From positions 144,953-208,952 of the forward strand of contig JADFSO010000001.1 of the NCBI GenBank assembly GCA_022560735.1: 64,000 bases of DNA. The letters run 5' to 3'. The notes beneath the pieces were generated by a model. The model ran no database searches and was not told the origin of the DNA. It saw nothing but the letters and a program-made list of their open reading frames with translations. Below are positions 56,347-64,000 of the stretch, piece after piece. Every line of letters starts with the position of its first letter. Positions within the stretch are counted from its first letter, which is position 1. The stretch is from Pseudomonadota bacterium (lineage in GTDB: Bacteria; Pseudomonadota; Gammaproteobacteria; Steroidobacterales; MnTg04). The position numbers and the translations under genes were made by a program.

Positions 56347-57315
56347 TCAGTCCCCAGCCCCCCTGATGACGTAGGCCTGATAGGCGACAAACGACGTCAG
56401 CAACAGGAATCCTTCCGCCCTGTACACTCGGCCGCGACCGCCGAAATTGTAAGCGATGGCGAAGATCACCAGGGTCAGACCCACCATCACCGGTATATGC
56501 AAGGTCAGTACCGAGGGCGGGATTTCGACCGGGCGGATGGTCACCGCCACCCCGATCACCGCCAGCAGGTTAAACATGTTCGAGCCGATAATGTTGCCGA
56601 AGGCCAGGTCGTGTTCGCCTTTGAGCGCGGCGACAACGGAGACCGCGAGTTCCGGCAGACTGGTGCCGACCGCAACGATAGTCAGCCCGATAATCAAGTC
56701 CGATACGCCGAGAACCTCGGCAATTTCAATGGATCCCCAGACCAGGAGCTGGGCACCGGTGAGCAGAACCGCGAGGCCCAGAACAAACCAGGCCATCGCC
56801 GTCGAGGTACGCATGTCGGAGCGAATTTCGGCCGCGTACTCGGCGCTCATCGGGTCGCCCGCGGCCGAACGGAAACCGAGGCCCGCCATCCAGTACAGCA
56901 GCAAGCCCAGACCCAATAGCAACACGATGCCATCGGTGCGGCTGAGATATTTATCGAGAAACAGCATGACGCTGAGCAAGGTTATGGCCAGCAACGCTGG
57001 AATTTCCCTGCGCAGGGTTTCGGACTGGATATTCATCGGACGAATCAGCGCAGTCGCGCCGAGGACCAGGCCTATATTGGCGATATTGGAGCCGATCGCA
57101 TTGCCGATGGCGAGACCGGAGTTATCCTGGATAGCTGCGATCGTAGACACGAGGATTTCCGGCGCCGAGGTGGCGAAGCCGACGATCGTCAGGCCGATCA
57201 GCAACGGCGGAACGCCGAAATTGCGCGCAACCGCGCCTGCGCCGAGCACAAACCGGTCTGCGCCCCAGACCAACAGTATGAATCCGGCCAAAATAGCAAT
57301 GACAAATAAGTCCAT
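56347..57315 (-). CDS. yrbG: Calcium/sodium:cation antiporter, CaCA (YrbG) family
   Basis: Two alpha-repeat motifs are present (GFATSAPE, GTSLPEL). The polytopic 322-aa protein sits in the conserved position upstream of kdsD. Confidence 0.88.
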   Translation of the reverse strand: MDLFVIAILAGFILLVWGADRFVLGAGAVARNFGVPPLLIGLTIVGFATSAPEILVSTIAAIQDNSGLAIGNAIGSNIANIGLVLGATALIRPMNIQSETLRREIPALLAITLLSVMLFLDKYLSRTDGIVLLLGLGLLLYWMAGLGFRSAAGDPMSAEYAAEIRSDMRTSTAMAWFVLGLAVLLTGAQLLVWGSIEIAEVLGVSDLIIGLTIVAVGTSLPELAVSVVAALKGEHDLAFGNIIGSNMFNLLAVIGVAVTIRPVEIPPSVLTLHIPVMVGLTLVIFAIAYNFGGRGRVYRAEGFLLLTSFVAYQAYVIRGAGD

Positions 57316-57503
57316 TTACGGCTTCTGTTTCTTACGCGAAAGCCATCAATGATACACTGCCCCAACGCAGGCAGGCACGTTAAATATAGATTGGGACAAC
57401 TGTTTGTCTGTGGCTTTTTCCTTTAGAATTCGCCTCCCCATTCCCTGGCTAACGGCCATTCAGGCCCGGGGAGGGGTGGATTCGAGTCAATACGAGAGTA
57501 GTC

Positions 57504-59020
<1,517 letters not shown>

Positions 59021-59054
59021 CCCGGGGTGGTAACCGCCGCGTGCAAGGAGCGGG

Positions 59055-60185
59055 TCAAGGCAGCGGTGGCCTTTCTTCAATCCTCGCCTGAATCTGAAAG
59101 CCGCGCCCGTCCCTGATCCCGTCGATCATGATCACCGACCCCGGGCTGAGCCCGGCGACCAGGTTCAGCGCTTCGCGCGAAACCGCAATTGCCGCGCCAT
59201 CGATATGGGTAATGACGTCCCCGCGCCGCAAGCCGGCGCGGAATCCCGGTCCATCGCCGGCAACTTCGTATAGCTCGATACCGGTGGTGCCGGGGATGCC
59301 CAGGTCTGCGGCTCGCTGCCGGCTGAGGTTTTGCGGTGAAACGCCCAGCCACCCCCGAATGGCGCGACCGTTTTCGATGAGTTGCCGGCTCACGCCGCGA
59401 ACCAGGTTGACGGGTATGGAAAAACCGATGCCATCCGGCATCAGACCAGCCGACAGCATCGCCGTATTGATACCGACCAGCTCGCCATCGGTATTCACGA
59501 GTGCGCCACCGGAATTGCCCTGATTGATTGCCGCATCGGTCTGGATAAAGTTCTCGAAGGTGAACAGACCGAGCTGGGCGCGACCGGTAGCGCTGATAAT
59601 GCCCTGGGTAACGGTGTGCCCGAGACCATAGGGGTTGCCGATCGCCAATACCACATCGCCAACCTTTAGCTGGTCCGAGCGGCCAAGCGGGATCGCCGGC
59701 AGACCTTCCAGCGGTATTTTCAACAGGGCCAGGTCGGTGTCGATATCTGTGCCGACCAGAACGGCTTTTTCTTCGCGTCCATCGAGCAGCTGAACGCTGA
59801 TTTCATCGGCATTTTCAATGACATGATGGTTGGTGACGATATATCCATCGCTGCGAATAATGACGCCTGATCCCAGGCTGCGCTGCGGCCGCTGTGAATT
59901 GCCGGTTCCGCCGTTGCTGAGAATTCTGCCGATGGCGTCCTGTCGATCGGTTCGGCTGACCACGCGTAGCGTATAGACATTGACGACCGAGGGTATCGAT
60001 GCGGAAATACCAGCCGCGAAAGAACCCTGCTCGACACCGGTCCAGCCAGGCCTGGACCCCTGCCCCGGGGCCCCCAGCAAATCCGGCCGGAACCAGACCA
60101 GGATGAACGCCATCGCCAACCCAAGGATTATGGATTTAGCCAGAAAGACGGCGTTTTTTATCCATTGTCTGTTCATCAAGTCCAT
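59055..60185 (-). CDS. DegS/AlgW-type periplasmic serine endoprotease (S1C, single PDZ)
   Basis: It has an N-terminal TM anchor and the catalytic triad His (TNHHVI), Asp (DTDLALLKI) and Ser (GNSGGALV). One C-terminal PDZ domain follows. Confidence 0.85.
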   Translation of the reverse strand: MDLMNRQWIKNAVFLAKSIILGLAMAFILVWFRPDLLGAPGQGSRPGWTGVEQGSFAAGISASIPSVVNVYTLRVVSRTDRQDAIGRILSNGGTGNSQRPQRSLGSGVIIRSDGYIVTNHHVIENADEISVQLLDGREEKAVLVGTDIDTDLALLKIPLEGLPAIPLGRSDQLKVGDVVLAIGNPYGLGHTVTQGIISATGRAQLGLFTFENFIQTDAAINQGNSGGALVNTDGELVGINTAMLSAGLMPDGIGFSIPVNLVRGVSRQLIENGRAIRGWLGVSPQNLSRQRAADLGIPGTTGIELYEVAGDGPGFRAGLRRGDVITHIDGAAIAVSREALNLVAGLSPGSVIMIDGIRDGRGFQIQARIEERPPLP

Positions 60186-60234
60186 GCCCGTCCGCGGCTT
60201 TATTGATCTGTATCAAGTATTGCATGGCGACGCA

Positions 60235-60263
60235 TCGTCAGCTATTGACAGCCAGTGTATAAT
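60235..60263 (+). promoter_or_regulatory. Putative sigma-70 promoter for petABC (TCGTCA-17 nt-TATAAT)
   Basis: A perfect TATAAT lies at 60258-60263. The best hexamer at 17-nt spacing is TCGTCA. This is about 95 nt upstream of the petA ATG, and an A-rich leader follows. Confidence 0.35.
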
Positions 60264-60356
60264 GCGCCGACAGAAAAAACCCGGGCCGTACAAATCTGCC
60301 TGCGGCCAGTCGAAAATCCAAAAAAGTCAGGTGCCAAAAAAAAGGGAGTTGCACGC

Positions 60357-60950
60357 ATGAGTAGTGACGTTGACCTCGGCAGACGTCATTTTTTGACTGT
60401 GGCCACGACAGTGACAGGTACTGTCGGAGTCGTGCTGGCGACCGTGCCATTTATTTCCAGCTGGAAGCCCAGCGCAAGGGCGCAGGCGGTTGGCGCGCCG
60501 GTCGAAGTCGATATATCGAAAATTGACCCGGGCTCCATGGTAGCAATCAAATGGCGTGGCAAGGCTGTTTGGGTTCTGCACCGGACGCCACAAATGCTTG
60601 CTACTCTCGGCAAGATCGAGGACCAGCTCCGCGATCCGTTTTCGAACGAAGCTCAGCAGCCTGCTTATGCGGCCAATCAGCAACGCTCGATCAGAGCCGA
60701 ATTCCTGGTCCTCCTGGGCGTTTGTACTCATCTCGGTTGTGCGCCGCTGGAGAAATTCGAGCCGGCCGATTCCGAAATGGGAGCCGGCTGGCTGGGTGGG
60801 TTCTTCTGCCCGTGCCATGGTTCGAAGTTCGATCTGTCCGGTCGTGTCTACAAGGGTGTGCCGGCGCCAACCAACCTGGTTGTTCCGCCGCATCGTTATG
60901 TCGGCGACGCGACTATCCTGATCGGCAACGATAGCGGGGTTGCGGCATGA
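60357..60950 (+). CDS. petA: Ubiquinol-cytochrome c reductase Rieske iron-sulfur subunit
   Basis: It has a Tat-like RRHFL motif with a TM helix and the Rieske boxes CTHLGC and CPCHGS. ATG 60357 is preceded by GGGAG. Confidence 0.93.
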   Translation: MSSDVDLGRRHFLTVATTVTGTVGVVLATVPFISSWKPSARAQAVGAPVEVDISKIDPGSMVAIKWRGKAVWVLHRTPQMLATLGKIEDQLRDPFSNEAQQPAYAANQQRSIRAEFLVLLGVCTHLGCAPLEKFEPADSEMGAGWLGGFFCPCHGSKFDLSGRVYKGVPAPTNLVVPPHRYVGDATILIGNDSGVAA

Positions 60951-62212
60951 AATCGGAGCGGACCCCTGCGTTCGAGCGCGTGACCGATCGCATGCAGGCA
61001 TTGCTGGTCTGGATCGACGCACGCTTTCCGCTCAGCAAGATGTGGCGGGAGCATATCTCCGAATATTATGCGCCGAAAAATTTCAATTTCTGGTACTACT
61101 TTGGTTCGCTGGCGATGCTGGTGCTGGTGCTGCAGATCGTCACCGGAATTTTTCTGACGATGAGCTACAAGCCCTCCGCCGCCGAGGCCTTTGCTTCGGT
61201 GGAATACATCATGCGTGATGTGAACTGGGGCTGGCTGATTCGCTATATGCACTCAACCGGAGCATCGGCGTTCTTTATCGTGGTCTATTTGCACATGTTC
61301 CGCGCCGTGCTTTATGGCTCGTACAAAAAACCGCGCGAGTTGCTGTGGCTGTTTGGCATGTTGATCTACGTCGCGCTGATGGCCGAGGCTTTTTTTGGCT
61401 ATCTGCTGCCGTGGGGCCAGATGTCCTACTGGGGTGCGCAGGTTATCGTTTCGCTGTTCGGCGCAATACCGTTTGGTATCGGCGAAGCATTGGTGGAGTG
61501 GGTGCGCGGCGATTATTTTATCTCCGATATAACGCTGAACCGGTTCTTTGCCCTGCATGTCATTGCCGTACCCTTTGCCCTGGTTTTCCTGGTCATCGCG
61601 CATATCCTGGCGCTGCACGAAGTCGGCTCGAACAACCCCGATGGCATAGAGATCAAGGAGCACAAGGATGCCGACGGCATCCCGCTTGACGGCATTCCGT
61701 TTCACCCGTATTACACGGTCAAGGACATCATGGGGGTGGCGGTCTTTTTGGCGCTGTTTTCCGCCGTGGTCTTTTTTGCGCCGGAAATGGGCGGCTATTT
61801 CCTCGAGCATGCCAACTTCGAACCGGCCAACAGCCTGAAGACTCCCGAGCACATCGCGCCGGTCTGGTATTTCACGCCGTTTTACGCCATTTTGCGTGCC
61901 GTGCCGGACAAGCTGCTGGGCGTGTTGCTGATGGGCGCTGCGATCGTGATGCTGTTTATCCTGCCCTGGCTCGATCGCTCGCCGGTCAGATCCATTCGTT
62001 ATCGCGGCTGGATCTTCAAGCTTGCCGTAACCTTGTTTGCGGTCAGTTTTGTGGCGCTGGGCTACCTTGGCATGCAACCGGTGTCGGTCGCATACACCCT
62101 GGCGGCCAGGTTTTTTTCAACCATCTATTTCCTGTTTTTCCTGCTGATGCCGTTTTACACGCGTTGGGACCGAACCAAACCGGTTCCGGACCGGGTGACC
62201 TTTCATGGTTAA
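60947..62212 (+). CDS. petB: Cytochrome b
   Basis: NFNFWYYFGSLA, the haem-ligand His contexts (IRYMHSTGAS, FALHV) and the PEWYF-like APVWYFTPFY are present. It overlaps the petA stop by 4 nt. Confidence 0.95.
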   Translation: MKSERTPAFERVTDRMQALLVWIDARFPLSKMWREHISEYYAPKNFNFWYYFGSLAMLVLVLQIVTGIFLTMSYKPSAAEAFASVEYIMRDVNWGWLIRYMHSTGASAFFIVVYLHMFRAVLYGSYKKPRELLWLFGMLIYVALMAEAFFGYLLPWGQMSYWGAQVIVSLFGAIPFGIGEALVEWVRGDYFISDITLNRFFALHVIAVPFALVFLVIAHILALHEVGSNNPDGIEIKEHKDADGIPLDGIPFHPYYTVKDIMGVAVFLALFSAVVFFAPEMGGYFLEHANFEPANSLKTPEHIAPVWYFTPFYAILRAVPDKLLGVLLMGAAIVMLFILPWLDRSPVRSIRYRGWIFKLAVTLFAVSFVALGYLGMQPVSVAYTLAARFFSTIYFLFFLLMPFYTRWDRTKPVPDRVTFHG

Positions 62213-62954
62213 GAACAGATGGGTTGGCGCGATTGCCCTGGGCGCATTGATCTTGTCCTCTTCGTCTGTTGCTGCCGGCGGGCCGAAAATGGAAGCGGCC
62301 AACAATGTGCTGGGCAATGTGCGGTCGCTGCAGCGTGGCGCAAGGCACTTCGTAAATTACTGCATGGGTTGTCATTCGGCGAAATATGTCCGTTACAATC
62401 GTCTGGCTGACGACCTTCAGCTTAGTGAGCAACAGGTCACCGACAACCTGATGTTCGTTGGTACGAAACTGCTGGATACGATGAACATCGCAATGGACCC
62501 GCTGGATGCGGGTCGCTGGTTTGGCCAGGTGCCGCCGGATCTCAGCCTGATCGCGAGGGCCAAGGGAACCGACTACGTGTTTAATTATCTCAAGGGATTT
62601 TACCTCGACCCCGAGCGACGCAACGGAACCGATAACCTGTTTCTGCCTGGCGCCAGCATGCCGCATGTGCTGTGGGAGTTGCAGGGGCTGCAAAAACCGG
62701 TTTACGAGGCGATCATCGACGTCAATGGCAGCGTACACAAAGTTATGGTTGGTTTCGAACGGGTCACCGAGGGACTGTTGAACCCGGAAGAATTCGATCA
62801 GTTTGTACGCGATCTGACTAATTTTCTCGAGTACATCAGCGAGCCGGTGAAGCTCGAGCGAAAAAAACTGGGCGTTCGCGTGCTGTTGTTCCTGCTGGTG
62901 TTCTTTTTGTTTTCCTACCTGTTGAAACAGGAATACTGGAAAGATATCAAGTGA
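62205..62954 (+). CDS. petC: Cytochrome c1
   Basis: It has a signal peptide, the haem motif CMGCHS, PPDLS and a C-terminal TM anchor. It overlaps the petB end. Confidence 0.92.
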   Translation: MVKNRWVGAIALGALILSSSSVAAGGPKMEAANNVLGNVRSLQRGARHFVNYCMGCHSAKYVRYNRLADDLQLSEQQVTDNLMFVGTKLLDTMNIAMDPLDAGRWFGQVPPDLSLIARAKGTDYVFNYLKGFYLDPERRNGTDNLFLPGASMPHVLWELQGLQKPVYEAIIDVNGSVHKVMVGFERVTEGLLNPEEFDQFVRDLTNFLEYISEPVKLERKKLGVRVLLFLLVFFLFSYLLKQEYWKDIK

Positions 62955-62960
62955 CCGTTT

Positions 62961-62997
62961 GATGAGCTTTATCACCGCCTCATCCCGCTTTGTTTTT
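62961..62997 (+). terminator. Weak hairpin plus T-rich tract between petC and sspA
   Basis: GATGAG-12 nt-CTCATC is followed by ccgcTTTGTTTTT. It ends at the GGAG Shine-Dalgarno of sspA and may be a partial terminator. Confidence 0.3.
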
Positions 62998-63007
62998 GGA
63001 GTTTGTT

Positions 63008-63637
63008 ATGGCATTAGTGGCTAATCGCCGATCCGTTATGACCCTGTTTTCCAAGTCTGTGTGCGTACACAGTCACCGCGCCAGGATAGTGCTGGCGGAA
63101 AAAGGCATTAACGTCGACTTGATCGATGTCGAAGGGCCGGAGCTCCCCGAGGATTTGCTCGATCTGAATCCTTATCACAGCCTGCCCACATTGGTCGACC
63201 GGGACCTGGTTCTGTATGACTCCAGGGTGATCATGGAGTACCTCGACGAGCGTTTTCCTCATCCGCCGTTGATGCCGGTCGACCCGGTCAGCCGTGCCCA
63301 GTTCCGGCTGGCGCTATTCCGGATTGAGAAGGACTGGTACGAACTGGCGGACAAAATAGAAAGCAGCGGCGATACCAAGTCGGCGAACCAGGCACGCAAG
63401 CAACTGAAGGAAAGCCTGCTTTCGAGCGGAGAAATTTTTGCCACGAAGCCGTTTTTTATCAGCGACGACTTCTCCCTGGTCGATTGCACAGTCGCGCCGA
63501 TTTTGTGGCGTTTGCAGAATTTTGGCATCGAGTTGCCGGGCAATGTGAAGCCGATCCAGCAATACATGGACAGAATTTTCTCGCGGCCGTCTTTTCAGGC
63601 CAGCTTGTCCGAACTGGAACAGGAAATGCGGATGTAA
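63008..63637 (+). CDS. sspA: Stringent starvation protein A (GST-like)
   Basis: MTLFSKSVCVHSHRARIVLAEKGI...LNPYHSLPTLVDRDLVLYDSRVIMEYLDERFPHPPLMP is typical of SspA. It lies downstream of petABC, as in many Gammaproteobacteria. Confidence 0.92.
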   Translation: MALVANRRSVMTLFSKSVCVHSHRARIVLAEKGINVDLIDVEGPELPEDLLDLNPYHSLPTLVDRDLVLYDSRVIMEYLDERFPHPPLMPVDPVSRAQFRLALFRIEKDWYELADKIESSGDTKSANQARKQLKESLLSSGEIFATKPFFISDDFSLVDCTVAPILWRLQNFGIELPGNVKPIQQYMDRIFSRPSFQASLSELEQEMRM

Positions 63638-63724
63638 CGGGAAGCGCGCCGGACCAGCCAAATAACCACAGCGGGCCAAAACTCAAGACCGTGCGTTGAT
63701 CGGCAATCGCTGATGACCTGCGGG

Positions 63725-64000
63725 CTAATCACCGGACTGGTCTGGATACATCTTTCCCGGGTTGAGAATATTCAGCGGATCCATCTGGCTCTTGATTCCA
63801 CGCATGACCGCCAGCGTTTCGGTGTCGATTTCCAGATCGACAAAATTCCGTTTTGCAAGACCAATGCCGTGTTCGCCTGACAGGCTGCCACCCAGCGACA
63901 GGGTCAGCTCGAATACCTCGGCCAGGCATTTGTTTGCGGCCGCGGTTTGTCGCTCATCGGCCGGGTCATACAACAGGTTGACATGTATATTGCCGTTGCC
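63725..64000 (-). CDS. FAD-linked oxidase (GlcD / D-lactate dehydrogenase-like), C-terminal part only; continues beyond the window
   Basis: The frame is open to the window end (GNGNIHVNLLYD...). The C-terminal GEHGIGLAKRNF and LNILNPGK are characteristic of the FAD-oxidase C-terminal domain. Confidence 0.8.
   Translation of the reverse strand, partial: GNGNIHVNLLYDPADERQTAAANKCLAEVFELTLSLGGSLSGEHGIGLAKRNFVDLEIDTETLAVMRGIKSQMDPLNILNPGKMYPDQSGD

Noticed and set aside
55363-56919. A 518-aa plus-strand ORF spanning the kdsD/yrbG boundary. Similar long antisense ORFs occur at 37306-38556, 15929-16984, 58121-59080, 39089-40015, 52964-53881 and 43555-44496.
   Set aside because: Each lies opposite a well-supported conserved gene, has Arg/Gly/His/Asp-rich junk composition and has no recognisable domain. 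They are stop-codon-poor antisense frames, which are typical of GC-rich genomes.
60245-60263. An apparently perfect promoter, TTGACA ... TATAAT, upstream of petA.
   Set aside because: The two perfect hexamers are only 7 nt apart, which is incompatible with sigma-70 spacing. Only the TATAAT with a weaker TCGTCA at 17 nt is retained, and at low confidence.

Overview
The window reads as ordinary core chromosome of a moderately GC-rich gammaproteobacterium. The lineage call rests on synteny: yrbG-kdsD-kdsC-lptC-lptA-lptB-rpoN-hpf-ptsN-rapZ, ibaG-murA and petABC-sspA. I call 64 protein-coding regions, two of them cut by the window edges, and almost all have recognisable motifs.

Gene blocks, in order:
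- 1-13.5 kb: glnE, then a large LPS inner-core/lipid A cluster (CHCC zinc-finger protein, GT4 glycosyltransferase, hldD, waaF, kdoO-like, kdkA, two LpxL/M-type acyltransferases, hldE, waaA), then pcm-like, rhodanese and tolC.
- 15-17 kb: a membrane PAS-GGDEF-EAL protein.
- 17-21 kb: a pyrophosphate module, pfp followed by a K+-independent H+-PPase (hppA), lying divergent to adk.
- 21-33 kb: housekeeping and miscellaneous enzymes (rnd, mpl, ubiX, hemL, rubredoxin, cpdA-aldolase-TraB/GumN, O-methyltransferase, C-N hydrolase, GIY-YIG, YbaK, csp).
- 33-45 kb: metK-ahcY, then tkt-gap-pgk-pyk directly followed by a penicillin/AHL-acylase family gene.
- 45-50 kb: bcp, a Zn-dependent alcohol dehydrogenase, a patatin-like lipase and mgtE.
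- 50-64 kb: the rpoN/lpt/kds block, ibaG-murA, a DegS/AlgW-type protease, petABC, sspA and a partial GlcD-like oxidase.

I found no tRNA, rRNA, CRISPR array, transposase, integrase, phage gene or recognisable defence gene. I did not find convincing evidence for a novel multi-gene system.

The points most worth a second look are modest:
- KdoO-like and KdkA genes sit back to back.
- An Ntn-hydrolase gene occupies the position after pyk where fba usually sits.
- A terminator-like hairpin abuts the hppA ribosome-binding site inside the pfp-hppA unit.
- LptA carries an acidic octapeptide-repeat tail.
- A candidate 64-codon ORF overlaps the start of the GGDEF-EAL gene.
- A few GC-rich extragenic palindromes are present.

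The many long antisense ORFs in the track are shadow ORFs of real genes.
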